Below, one piece after another: positions 12,811 to 25,774 of a stretch of 64,000 bases of DNA. The notes beneath the pieces are model-generated. The model worked only from the letters and a program-made list of their open reading frames with translations, was not told where the DNA came from and did no database searches. Source of the stretch: Adineta vaga (taxonomy: Eukaryota > Animalia > Rotifera); the NCBI GenBank assembly GCA_021613535.1, contig CP075493.1:11718001-11782000 (forward strand). The letters run 5' to 3'. A program made the position numbers and the translations under genes. How positions within the stretch are numbered: the stretch's first letter is position 1; each line of letters begins with the position of its first letter.

Positions 12811-13752
12811 TGTTTAATATTAGATGAATTAATAATAGTTATTATAGAGAACGAAGTCTTGAATATATAGATTAACTGTTACTTTTTGATGATTACTAAC
12901 GAAATGTTGCTGCTGTATATATACGCAACAGAACATCTATATTTGTACTTTTTTTGTTATTTCATAGTTAATGTCATGATTGACACGATAGTAGAAAGGT
13001 TTCTTTTCTCTATGTTTTTCCATTAGAAACCGCTAATACAAGATGATGAGTTGTCAAGCGGATTGACGTCAATTTGTTTTATTAAACGAATGTTTAGTGA
13101 TTCATGCTTGGCTAAAAATATCAAATCAAGTAACTGTGTATGCCCTCCTACGTTGTTAGAGCAACAGAATGAAAAAACTTTACAGCACATTATTTGTACA
13201 ACAAACATTGATTGTGAAGTTAATGTGAATAGAATGATTTCAAATGCATGAGCAATAACTTGTAAATGACATAAGGACAAATTAGAAATAGATGTTACTC
13301 TTAATCATCAAATATATAAATGTACTTTCAGTATAGGCATATGTGAATCGATTGTTCTAAAAGAACGATATTTTTCTCTCTCTAATGTTACAAACGCACT
13401 TGCATAATGAAGCAATTCATCGCTTCCAAAGAATATTAAATTAGAAAAAGAAAATGTTCAGTTATATATTCTAATTTGTAGACATGCTGTCAAATCGGTA
13501 CGGTTTGATGCATATGAAATGAAATAATATTCTAGGTTCTTTAATTTATCTACGTGCAAGAATTGCTTTATATTCTTTTTCTCTTTAACACAATTTTGCG
13601 TTATCTGTAATTGCTCAGGTGTCGTTCGTCTTGTGCAAAAAAAAAGGAGAATGTTAATTATTTCTAAGGTATTTGATTGATGGCCACATGCGTATTGTAT
13701 GCATTTTAATAATGAACAACGCAACAAAAAAAACCCAGAATAGTCATATAAA

Positions 13753-16700
13753 ATGGCATTGAACGTGAACATAATACGAATATATCGGCATCTTTTTACG
13801 ATTCTTATTCTTTGGTTGAATTCGTGTTTAAATGAACAATATTATTTGTATGACGATGATTGTTTGGATTTCAATGTAACAAATTATTTGTTATCCTCTG
13901 GAATGACTGATAGAGAACATCAAATTATTTCATTTTGCCGTCGTGATGAATTGGAATACGATCGATCGGTAGTGATAGAAAAACAAATTCCATCAGTAAC
14001 ATTTAATGAATTATACATGAAGAATATAAGCAGTTTGCAATTGTACAATTGGTCTGTACATATGGATTTAGTTGAAGAGTATCAGGCATTTTATGAGAAT
14101 AAAATGAAAAGTAAAAATCTTGAATCAAATATGTCGATAAGTAGCTGTTGGATTCAACAAAAGTTTGGTCAATACTGCCAATATTCTTTTGATACTCAGG
14201 TTAGTTCGCAAATTTTGAAATAGATGTCCTTATTGACGAAAAATTAATTATATAATCCTTCGACTCACCGCAACCACACTCTTACGTCTCTGATGTTTTC
14301 TCGCATAACTATAGTCATTAAAAAAACATCATCCTCATTAATAACGGAATCAAAATCTTCTTGAATTCTACCTTAAAAGTTAGTCTAAAATACATATAGT
14401 TATAAGATTGTTTCACAGACAAAATTTCTAAAATGATTTGAGAGTTTTATGAATTCTGCTGACATCGCTTTTTTCAATGGTGAACTTAAAATGAGGTTCG
14501 TCAAATAGTGATTTAGCAGTCAGTTTTACAAAATGTTACTTAGGCCAAATAATCATCGATATGTCATGATTAATTTTGATCAACGCAATGTATCATAGAA
14601 ACAGTATACAGATTAATTTATCGATCGCTCAAACTTTGGAAGAAAAACTATAATAACAATAGATTTAATCATATATGATATTTTAGAATTCGTTCGATAC
14701 AATCGCAAAAGATGTCCTCAAAGCGGCTTCTTCTCTTGAATCAAATGGTACTTGTTATGCTCATTTAAACTGCAAACGCAACAATTCTACGTGGTGTCTT
14801 GATTGGCGTGAGATATGTGATGGAAAAGCTGATTGCTGGCCTAATCATATTGATGAGCACTTTTGCGAACAACTTGAACAGAACGAATGTGCATCGAACG
14901 AATACCGATGTTTTGATGGTCAATGTATTCCTGAAATGTTTTTGTTAGATAAAACTTCTGCATCTGATTGTCTGGATAATTCAGATGAAGATTTCGTTAA
15001 TCATGCAATTTTAGTTTCCGATGTTTTCGTTACAGTGATCCAACATTTCGATGTTCGGAAACTAGATGTCAACATTGGAATACACAGTTTGAAAGTGATT
15101 GGTGTGGTCGTTGGTCATGCAAAGGCATTAAATGTCGTGACACTCTGCGCGTGCAATTCTACCGTGATTCACTACTACATACGGCTAATACTCACATAAA
15201 TGAAAAATGTTGGGCTACTATGATCTGTCTCACTCAAACGCCAAAGTATATTCCTCCGGTAAGTTGTTACTAGACCTAGCTTGCATTTTAGGAATTTCGT
15301 TCATATTTTTCAAAAAACAGATGCATGTCATGTTACTGTTACAAATTTAGTATACAAACCAAGTAAATAAAATAAACTGAATCATTCTTCCTTTTCAGTT
15401 GAAATTTGATACATATAACTAATCTCAATATCAGTAAAAATTCATATCAGAAAACAATATTTAATGCATCGATGTTCTCTCCCAAACAGGATTTCAGTCT
15501 TATACTTGTCTTTGTAGACTTCGTAACGTTTATATACTTATTTTTTTTGTAGAATGATCCATTGTATGCACATTTAACTAACGTTAGTTGTAATGCTTTC
15601 TGTTGGGAGCCAGATATCTCTTGTAGTCAAAGTTTAATTAAATTCTGCCCACCATTATTTGAATTTCCTGCCCAATCCATTGGTTGGAGTGATCTACACT
15701 TTGTATATTCATGGAATCGAACAGGTACATTTTCGACTGTACCGAATTACATTTGTTACAATGAACAGCGTTGTGCTTTCTCTCCGTCGAATATTCGTTT
15801 TACTAAAATAAGTGCACCGACAACTATCCTGTCCTGTGAACTTGCAAGTGCCACCAATTTCCAAGACTTTTGGTTACATCAAGTTCCAACTATTCGGACA
15901 CGTTTACAAAGGCAATGTTCCTTAGCGATAGTTATAAACGAGAATTACTGTTCACAGCCTACTCAATTCAGATGTGGTAATAAATGTCTTTCGAAACATC
16001 GTTTACGAGATAATTTAGCGGATTGTGTAGACCGTGCTGATGAAGTTAAATCTATTAATAGTTGTGCTTTAAAACATGCGCATCGCTGGGAATGCATATC
16101 GAATATGACAGGAAAACGAGAAATAAAATGTTTACCAATGACACATACATTACAAGGAGAAAGGGGTGAATGCAAAATCGAAGAAAAAATACCACATTTT
16201 CCTACTCTATGTGATGGACATATTCAACATACAGAAGTATTGAATGGGGAAGTTAAAACAGACGAAACCAATTGCGAAGCATGGCAATGTAACAATCAGT
16301 TACGAGATGTGATGGTGTTTGGAATTGTCCAGATGGAGCAGACGAAGCCGAATGTTTCCATGTGATTTGTCAAGGATTAGTGGGATATCCATGTTTATTA
16401 AGGCATACAGCCAAATATATATGCTTACCTTTTTCTAACGTCAGCGATGGTATAGTAGATTGTTTAGGTGCAACAGATGAGCAGCAAGCTTGTGAAAATA
16501 ATCGCTTACACGAAGGTAAATATCGATGTTTAACAAATGGTTCCAATGATATACAGTATGTAAATGAGTAAGTTTTTTATACGAAAGTATTCTTGAAGAT
16601 ACAGATCTATAGTAACTAAAAAAGCTTTATTCAATTTTTTTCTCAAAAAGAATTTTTATGATTATGAGAATGCACCTGAAATTGCAATAGAAAAGACCAG

Positions 16701-19517
16701 TGTATTATGTGTTAGGTCTTTTTTTTGTTTAACAGGACGAAAATGTGCATTGGTATTGAGCAGGTATATGGCGAAGAGAACGGTTGCCCAATACGAGATC
16801 CTAATCGGTTCGTTTTGAGTGTACAGCCTTCTGTGCAAGATTTATGTAGTTCCTATTGGGCATATGACCGTCGACTAACTGCACACAACCTTATATGTAG
16901 TTTGGATCGTCCTATGAAATCCCCTACGTGGTCACAGTTCAAAATACCACAGTTTTCACTTAGTAAATATAATGTTGTTTTTTATTATGCTCGAAATCAG
17001 CAAGTATCGTCTGTTATTTCAAAATCAGTATCTTCAATTGACGTAGTACAGCGAATTCCTCTGGTCATAAACAGCACCAGTCAACGAACGTCTCTTATTG
17101 CATTTCAATGTAATGGTGGAATACCAATCTATTCGGACAACGACATAAAATGTCTATGTCCACCATTTCTATATGGTGCTTATTGTGAAAATCAAAATCA
17201 ACGTATAAGTGTTACATTAAAAATTGGGGCACCGGAATGGAGAGTTCCATTCGTATTTGTTATATATCTATTTGATGAAACATATGGAATTGTGAATTCA
17301 TATAATAAATTAAGATTTGTATCAACTCGTGATTGTAACACGAAATTTAATTTCCATTTACTATATTCTTCTCGACCGAAATTATCCAATCGAATATATT
17401 CTGTACGAATTGATCTTTTTGAAATGATTACATTCAAATATCGTGGAAGTTGGTTATTTCCTATACTATTTCCATTTCTTCCAGTTTATCGATTACCAGT
17501 CTATGTAACGGTACCTTTTGTTAGTATTTCATCAACAATTGATTGTCCATTAAAATGTCATCCTGGTCATGGTCGATGCGTTTCATTTCTCAATACGAAT
17601 AAATACTTTTGTAAATGTCAAACAGGTTGGACTGGACTGAAGTGTGAAACTTCTTATGAATGTAACTGTTCTCCCGATTCTATTTGCTTTGGCACTTCGA
17701 ATAACAAATCTATATGTGTCTGTCCAGTACATAAATTTGGACGGCGATGTTATTTAAACAACACTCGATGTGAACAACCAGATGCAAAAAAGTGTCAAAA
17801 TGGTGGACAATGCATTCCAGGTGACATGCCCATTCATTCTGGTTCTACTACGACATGTGTATGTCCTCAGAGCTTTCATGGTGATACATGTCAATGGAAT
17901 GACACTCGAATTGATCTATCTATTGCTATGCCAAATAAGAAAGATTCAATCTTGGTACATTTTATCACTGCTAATATGCATATGAGGTTGCAACCTTATT
18001 TTCCTATATTAGAATGGAATCCACATGAACGTGCAACAACACTGAAAAAACTTCAATTCGATAAAAATACAGTTACTATTTATTGGCAGCATCCTTTTCA
18101 TCTTATTTTTGCCGAATATGATCAGAATCTGTACTTACTTTTTACTCAATTAACATACAAAGCATCAGTCCATCTGACTATTAGTCTTAAACCTCGTTTT
18201 CAGTGTCCATCCATTCGAAACTTAGTAAATAGTACTATCGTTAATTATCCACGTCTTCAACGAATTAAATATTATCATATTCCTTGTCAAGAGAAAACCA
18301 AACTAAAATGTTTTCATGATGAAGATCATTATATATGTCTGTGTACTGATGATCGTCGAGCAAATTGTTTTACATTTGATTATCATTCGACATTTTCTTG
18401 TCAACAATTATCTTATTGTGAAAATGGTGGTCAATGTTTTCAAAACAATGCGAAATGTCCTACAACTGCCATATGTGTTTGTCCGAAATGTTATTTAGGT
18501 ACACGTTGTCAATTATCAATTCGAGGTTTTAATCTTCCGCTTGATGTTATACTTGGATATGAAATTCGACCAAATATGTCATTCAAGAAACAATCATTAT
18601 CCGTACAAATTAGTGGAATCATTACAATTCTTATGTTCACTTTTGGAATCGTCAATGGAACTTTATCAATAAAGACATTTCAACAAAAAGAATTACAAAA
18701 AGTTGGGTCGGGTATTTATCTATTTATTGCTTCAATTATGTCTATTTCGACTATACTTATTTTTACAATAAAATATTTCTTAGTTGTTATAACACAAATA
18801 AGGATGATAACCAATCGTCAATTTTTATTTGGCCAATGTGTAACTATTGATTTTCTTTTAAAAATATCTTTACAAATTGGAGATTGGTTGTATGCTGCTG
18901 TAGCAAGTGAACGTCTGGTAGCAGTTATTAAAAATACTAATTTCAAGAAAAAACGTAGTTTAAAAATAGTTAAATGGGTTGTTTTGGCTATTCTTCTGAT
19001 AACAATAGGTAGTTCAATATCAGAATCACTTCATCGACAGCTAATTGATGATGAAGATGAAGAACGAATTTGGTGTATTGTACGGCAAACTAATTTTTTG
19101 AATTTATTTACTTCTATCACTACTGTGATGCATTTTGTTGGTCCATTTTTAATTAATATAATTTCAGCATTCGGAATTGTTTATATAAGAGCAAAACGTC
19201 GTTGGAATTTTCAAAAAGAGATATCTCTCAATCAACATATGCAAAATCAGTTTCGTCGACATAAATATTTAGTTATAAGTCCAATTGGATTAATTCTTTT
19301 AGCTTTGCCACGTATTATTCTTGCTTTTCAATTAGAATGTATGAAATCTGCTCATGAATCTGTAGTATTCTTTTTACTGGGATATTTTATTTCATTTTTA
19401 CCATCATTACTTCTCTTTATTATTTTCGTTCTACCATCGAGTATGTACAGAAAAGCATTCAAGAAAACTATAAGAACTTATCAATTAATTATTCGTCGTT
19501 GGTTTTATCACAACTAA
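13753..19517 (+). CDS. Large receptor: LDL-receptor class A repeats, EGF repeats and a C-terminal rhodopsin-like 7TM GPCR domain; about 4 exons, apparent frameshifts near 15010 and 16300
   Basis: LDLa motifs (CLDWREICDGKADC, FRCGNKCL..DCVDRADE, DGIVDCLGATDE); EGF motifs (CQNGGQC, CENGGQC); 7TM with GIVNG..SI, ASERL, WC and PF.IN. Exons approx. 13753-14199, 14687-15258, 15553-16566, 16736-19517. Confidence 0.8.
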
Positions 19518-19617
19518 AAAATTACAGACAAAAAAGCACAGTTTTTTTTATTTGATATTGTGCGTATTGCTTTTGAGTTTGTGTTTTCATATTCTCGACT
19601 ATATGTACAAAAAATTT

Positions 19618-20376
19618 TTAAACTAATGGGTCTTTATCAGCATCTGGATGACAATTTTCGAGATGACTTTCTCGTGCTTCTAATGTTTGATATCCATAAG
19701 AACATGATAAACAATAAAGTTCATCTTTATGACGATCATCTGGATGACGTCTTTTGTTGAATGGAATCTTTGCTCCATAATCTAGATGAATATTTTTGAA
19801 TGTAGCGTCAAGATGATTATCTTGATCGTGTTCTTCTAAAGTATGATATGCTTGAAATTGTTTTGAACATCTTGGACATCGATAATCATCAAAGATAAGT
19901 TCTTTGTTGAGCATATGTGTTGGAATCTTTCGTTCTTCATTAAATTGTTGAAGTCGATGAATAATTGCTTTTACATCAATATCTGATCGATTTAATTTCA
20001 ATAAACGTAAGTGTTCGTGTTTATTCAGAACTTTCATTAAATCAGTAGCATAATTTGGTTGTTCATCACAGATAACATGTACACATAAATAATTTCGGAT
20101 TTCTCGATGCAATGTATTGAGTAAATCATTGACAGGATGTACACATTGTTGAAATTTTATTTGAGGAATCTCTCGTAAACTTGTCCATATGTCGTCTTCA
20201 ATGTAACGGGATTGATTGTAAAAAATAATCAATAGACAGTTTTTTGGAATTTGACAAAAATATTCAAAATGACGCAATAAATTTACTCGATTATCATCAC
20301 CATCGAACAGTGCAAGTTGATAATGAGATGTCATCTTGTAATGTGAATGATTCTCTCGTGAAAGTAAGAAATGCAT
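19618..20376 (-). CDS. C2H2-type zinc-finger protein (two fingers), copy 1
   Basis: YRCPRCSKQF...LEEHDQDNH and LYCLSCSYGY...SHLENCH; the start may be MTSHY. Confidence 0.75.
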   Translation of the reverse strand: MHFLLSRENHSHYKMTSHYQLALFDGDDNRVNLLRHFEYFCQIPKNCLLIIFYNQSRYIEDDIWTSLREIPQIKFQQCVHPVNDLLNTLHREIRNYLCVHVICDEQPNYATDLMKVLNKHEHLRLLKLNRSDIDVKAIIHRLQQFNEERKIPTHMLNKELIFDDYRCPRCSKQFQAYHTLEEHDQDNHLDATFKNIHLDYGAKIPFNKRRHPDDRHKDELYCLSCSYGYQTLEARESHLENCHPDADKDPLV

Positions 20377-20823
20377 CGATTCTTTGTGGCTTTATATACT
20401 CCTCTATTACCCACAACCAAAAATTCCCGATGACGCATTTAATATCGTTTTCGCTGATATTACCTTTTTTTCTTTCTTTCCACGAACCCTTGTCGACGTT
20501 GCACGAAGAAAATATTTTACAACAGAATACACTTTTGATCAACATGACTCAATAGAAGTGGCCACTTTATATAGATCAACTTTTTTTTCAAATATATCTG
20601 CGTCATTGACAGCAAATAAATGAAAAAGAAAATTGTCTTGATCCTACCAATAACTGAAATTTGAAGAGACAGAATATATCCGATAGATATCATTATACTA
20701 GTTTCATTTCCTTGTTCATTTAAGGAAATAAAAACGGTTGATTTTTTTTCATTTATAATAATTGATATGGAGAAGCTAGAAATGAAATAACAATCATTTG
20801 AAAGATATCCCATCGCAGTTGCT

Positions 20824-22456
20824 ATGTCGTTCATCAATATTTTGTTTATAGTTTTATCGATTCCTTCGATATTGATGTACACGAAAGTTTCGACAGATTA
20901 CGATCTTTATGGAATAAAAATTGCTCTAAATGATCGATTCTTGGTTAGTGCAGACAATCTCTTTCTAGTTTGGTACATCAGATTGTTTTCAATTAGCAAC
21001 ACTTCTAATTGTCTTCTTCTTTATAATTCAACAACCTGTGATTCTGTTTATAGTGTGGTTGTATCCACTTCGAATAATATGTCATTCATCTACAATTGTA
21101 TTGATTTTCAAGGAAATAATGTTGTTGGCTTATTTACTAGTAATGGTACATGTTCGTTTCATTTAGAAGATGAACGAATTGTCTCTAATTATTCAACTCA
21201 AGACAATTTTGTGATTGCAATTAATGGCGATGGCACAGGTGTATATGGTTTTGCTGATGATTTTATGTTATTCTATCAGTTATTCCCAACAGTAAATATG
21301 ACAGTTTGGCAAAATAATATGAGTATTTCTCCTCGAGCTGTCGATATTAGTTCGAATCAATATTATGCTGTTCTAGTGGGATATTGTCAATCATCTGGAA
21401 CAGTTGCAGTTGAATGTGGTTTTGTTGTTCAATTGAATGCATCCCTGACATGTCCATATAGTACAAGTATATTCAAAATCAATACTGCCGTCACATATTC
21501 ATGGACTGATTCACGTTCTGTTCGCCTAACTACTGAAAGTCGAACCTATACACCACAATCTGTTATGTCCGTCAGTATCAGTTGGCACACACAATGCGTA
21601 TTAATTGGTGTTCAATCACTTAATTCAGTATTTTTATATTCATTAAATGATACTCGTGCACCAATTAGTTTTCGTCAGACAGGAGCTGGTTTAATGGGTT
21701 ATGGAAAAAGTGTTGCATGGTTAGATAAAACTGGTCATAAAGCTGTCATTTTAGCTAATGCTTATTCTTATTCTAATTATCAATGGATATCATCATCAGT
21801 ACATGTCTATGATATTCAATCAGATGGTTTTAATGATTCAACAAAACCAGTTCTTATCTATCCGAATGGTCAACAAACTCTTCAAAATGCAATGGATCCA
21901 GCTTTTATTCGTATTATTTGTTCCCCCAGTGGTCACTTAGGTCTTTTGGATCGTCTTGGTAATGGTATTGCTATTCTTAGTGCATCTCCTAATTATTATG
22001 CGAATACAAACACAAGTGAATATGTTACAAGTTCTCTTCCTTGTAATCGTGGTACTAGTCGAGATTACGATGGAATTGAATTATGTTATCCTTATTTGGC
22101 AGAAGTAAATAATTGTTCTCATGAGTTCTATTGTCCATATGGTGCTGTTGGTGAAGTTGCTTATTCTTCATTTGAATCAATTGAACAAGATCAAGAATAT
22201 CCTGAATCACCTGAGAATATTGTTTTTGATGATATCCTTATGCAAAATGTATTCAGTTTCAATTTTAAATCGATTCATTGTTTGCTTGTATCACCCATTA
22301 CATGGGTGCTTGTCGTCATGATGATTGTTGGTATTGTAGTTGCTGGAATGGGAGTCTCGGAAATATTTTATCCTCACCACCATTCTATACGAAATCAAGC
22401 CAAACATATATTCAGGAAAATCGATCTGATCGGTGAAGGAGAGGTATTTTCATTAA
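20824..22456 (+). pseudogene. 5' part of a multi-pass membrane protein gene, truncated in intron 1 by a transposon
   Basis: Open 554 aa ORF matches the 43936 gene up to GEGE|GT. The following intron is interrupted at TTAA 22453-22456 and the downstream exons are absent here. Confidence 0.8.
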
Positions 22457-23806
22457 GGCCTCCCCTCACAAAAAGTCAATTTTTTTGAAATTTTTCGAAA
22501 TTGAGATAAATACACAGGAAGATAGCCCGTCATCAGATCTTTCAGAAATTATATGATTTTTAATCAAAAACCGATTTTTTTAGTGAAAATTTTGATGATT
22601 TCCGTGATGGACTACACGAAAAACGTGTTTTTTCGTAAAAAAAAGAAATTTTGAAAATTTTGCGAGAAAAATAAATATTTTTAATAGAAAAAATATTTTG
22701 ACAAGCTTTGCTAATCGTCATAGATGAATCACGATTCAAAAAGTAAAAATAAAAGTAAAATTTACTAATGAAAAAGATCTTTATTTAGGTTCACAGAAAA
22801 CTTATGTTTAATAAAGTGTGAATTAGTCTTTTTCTTGCCATTTTCTTTTATCGTTTGGATTATAATACGCATATTCAATACAAAATTTTATAGAGTAACT
22901 AGTCGATAATAAGTAAAATATTAAAAAGCAGATAATTAGTCATAATAGTAAGATTTTAATTTTACTATTAGTCCTTTTACTACCGTATATCATCTCGCAA
23001 TAGATATAGAGCACGAAAACAAAGATGTCGTTATCAGAAGAGACGAAGTTCGTTGTTAAAACCATTACTAGTGTTGTAATTGTCTAAACATGATGTAATG
23101 TTTATTATGAGTATAATATATACTACAAAGATAATCTTGAAGGTGTGTGGCAGCGATGGTTTTGTGATGGAAAAAATCTCTTCATTTGAATCCTGTACAT
23201 AGATATATAACAGTTTGTAACTAATCTCTTTGAAAAAGCAAAAAAAAACACGCAAAAATTCAAAAATCTGAAAAAATTTCACTTCAAAAAATGTATTTCG
23301 CTTTTTCTCGATTTCTGTTTTTTTTATTTTATTTCCAAGATTTCTCGGTCCAGAGTCATCGGATACGTTTTTTGTTTTTTTTGTTGGATAGAGCATGTTC
23401 GAATTGAGGGCACTGCAGAGCCCTTTTTTTAATTAACCTTTTTTTTTTATTAAAGACGCAAGGATTTATGTGATTAGACACCCGGTTTTTCGAGGTCATT
23501 GAACTTATGATGTTTTTTTTCAACAAAAAAGTAAAACAAAAAAAAGGGCTCTGTAGTGCCCTCAATTCGAACATGCTCTATCCAACAAAAAAAACAAAAA
23601 ACGTATCCGATGACTCTGGACCGAGAAATCTTGGAAATAAAATGACCTAGTTTTTGACCTTGTTAGAGTCAGATCTCTGGAAAACCAGGTGATATCGAGC
23701 TGAAATTTTTACCACAGACTCCTCACTTCAGCCCTAACATATGCTGCAAGTTTCAGCTCATTTGAACTTTCCTAGATGAAGTTCGGTTTTTGAGGGGGGG
23801 GAGGCC
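22457..23806. mobile_element. Non-autonomous DNA transposon with TTAA flanks and GG...CC termini (Kolobok-like)
   Basis: ttaa|GGCCTCCCCTCACAAAAA ... TTTTTGAGGGGGGGGAGGCC|ttaa; 1350 bp; no transposase ORF. The empty TTAA site is visible in the duplicated copy (tcaTTAAtgag at about 45564). Confidence 0.8.
23326..23643. repeat. Internal inverted repeat (about 105 bp arms, about 110 bp spacer) inside the TTAA element
   Basis: ATTTTATTTCCAAGATTTCTCGGTCCAGAGTCATCGGATACG...AGAGCCC at 23326-23430 mirrored at 23539-23643, near perfect. Confidence 0.9.
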
Positions 23807-23810
23807 TTAA

Positions 23811-24427
23811 GAAATACTAAGAATTGGGTTGGACGTCTCAATCGTATTCGACCCCTTTATGTTCTACGTACCAAAACAAATAAAATTATATGGATCGTTA
23901 GTAATGTTTATGGTGAAGAGGCAAAATGGCTTTTTGAAAGTATTGTTGCTCGGTGTCGTCGAAAAGTTTTGATCACTGGTATGGCAGGTGCAATGGGAAA
24001 CAAGTTCAAAGTTGGAAGCTTTATAACACCAGCCTTTTGGGTGAATGCAGATTCTGTATCAGCATTGAACTGGATTCGATCATTACCGGATATTCCAATT
24101 TTAGGAATCTATAAATAAGTGAGCACTCCTCTTGTCGAAACTGAAAAGTGGATTAAAGAACATTCATTTTTTGATCTTGTGGATGTCGAAGGTGGTTATA
24201 TTATGAAGGAATTGAAACATTCGGGATTAGAAGCATATCTTGCTTATGTAATTAGTGATCAGATTGGAATTAAGAATGCTGATCTTACTGATTGGAATAA
24301 TGAACAGAGAAGAGAGAATCTTACCAAGCAATTGAGATCTTTTCTTCGTTCATTAGGATATAATATACGATCGCTAGGACTTCGCTCAGTAAAAATTCAT
24401 AATATTCATCGAGATGGAGGGTATTGA
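23811..24427 (+). pseudogene. 5'-truncated nucleoside phosphorylase-like (PNP/UDP family) pseudogene
   Basis: Translates as ...ITGMAGAMGNKFKVGSFITP...IYK*VSTPLVETEKW...FDLVDVEGGY...AYVISDQ: GxAG, VE/DxE and VSD-like motifs; in-frame stop near 24117. Confidence 0.55.
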
Positions 24428-24952
24428 TAAAAACAATTCTTTCTTATTTTGTTACATATGGAACGGATTACAAGATTTATTGTCGCAATCTTGATTCTTA
24501 TAAACAATATTTGTTTCGAAAGACTTTACTTTTATTTGAAAACAAAATTCGAGTCTTTTTTGTTATTGTCTTGCTGATATAAATTATATAATAAAGTCTA
24601 ATACGATAACGATCATAATCAAGTATAGAAAACTTTAATTCTCTTTTTAATGTCTTCTCTAAAGTGTACTATGCATCTCAAACGCTCGCACACTAGAGTG
24701 GGTGAGGGTGTCATTATTCTCTTTACCCATCCTCATCGTGACAACCTCACGCAAATCCGCTCTGACCGACACTCACAACGGATATAAATAGGAAATGCAG
24801 AAAAATTAACACTGATATATATTGTAGATATTTTTGTCATTCTTAGAAATCTGATTTGATAGTAGAATCATTTGCTTTAACAACAAAGTTATTTGTAGAA
24901 AAATGAGTTTTTTTTTGGGTAAATTGAATTAAATCAATTGTTGAATTGTCAT

Positions 24953-25340
24953 TCTATTGATCCATCACTTTTTTCAAGTTTAAGTTCGAATCTTCCTTTT
25001 CCATTGTAATTTCTTGCCTTTATAGACCATTTTCTTTCAAATTGATATTGATTGGAATTCGAAACAATTTGAACTGTCACATTATGTTCAAGTTTTTCTA
25101 TATTTTTTCACAAAAGCCATACAATTAGTCTTTGTTGAATAAAAAAGCTTCAATAGCAAATTCATCGATATCATAAATTCCATTTCCAATTATTTTCGAT
25201 GTTTCTGAATTAAATGAAAATGAAGATCGATAAGATCCATGAAATGTATCAAATTGATACTAACGACTTAACCAAAAACCAAATATAACTTTGTCATAAT
25301 TACCTTGTTCAATTCTATTTGATATTATTTTGATATAATC
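24953..25340 (-). pseudogene. Degenerate copy of a small beta-rich protein family of unknown function
   Basis: Reads FGFWLSR*YQFDTFHGSYRSSFSFNSETSKIIGNGIYDIDEFAIE...NLEHNVTVQIVSNSNQYQFERKWSIKARNYNGKGRFELKLE, with a stop and frameshifts. Confidence 0.45.
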
Positions 25341-25774
25341 TTTCTTCGAAGGTGAGGATGAATGTCTCTTTTTCTTTACCCGCACCCACACCCTAAATAT
25401 AATATTCGCCCAGCATATGTTTTTTTTTCTATTAATTTTCATAGATCTATTTGACATAATTTATTAATAATAATATTATTCATATTAAAATTTATGTCCA
25501 TTGATTTTCTCATTATTATTCATTAATCAAATAGCTAAATGATTCGCTTATGTCATGTTTCTTATTTATAAATCATATGACAAAATGGAAAAACAACACA
25601 AAATTTACCTTCGATTTAATGATTTTATTTTTCTATTGAAATATGAAAAATATTATGAATATTTTCTTCATTTTACCTTAATTCAAATAGAATTAACTTT
25701 AAGATTATTTTTGTTATGACAATTTCAATACAATAAAATTCGTCAATGAACGAAAAGAATAATATGTTCTTAGT

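Larger units (their letters stand above)
19530..22456 (+). repeat. Segmental direct duplication, copy 1 (copy 2 at about 42643-45567)
   Basis: Near-identical sequence at an offset of about 23112 nt, with scattered SNPs and small indels; ends exactly at the TTAA where a transposon begins. Confidence 0.95.

Noticed and set aside
13023-13300. Short Cys-containing ORFs on both strands (possible EGF/LDLa remnant)
   Set aside because: Fragmentary, with stops and no convincing splice structure.
14232-14588. Possible MITE in GPCR intron 1 (TTGACGAAAAATTAAT / ATTAATTTTGATCAA)
   Set aside because: Inverted match is short, AT-rich and imperfect; no TSD.
20244-20882. Overlapping short ORFs conserved in both duplicate copies
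   Set aside because: Conservation is explained by the recent duplication; they lie in the divergent promoter region or antisense to real genes.
23034-23574. ORFs of 120 and 72 aa inside the TTAA element
   Set aside because: Low-complexity K/F-rich translations produced by the inverted repeat; no transposase motifs.
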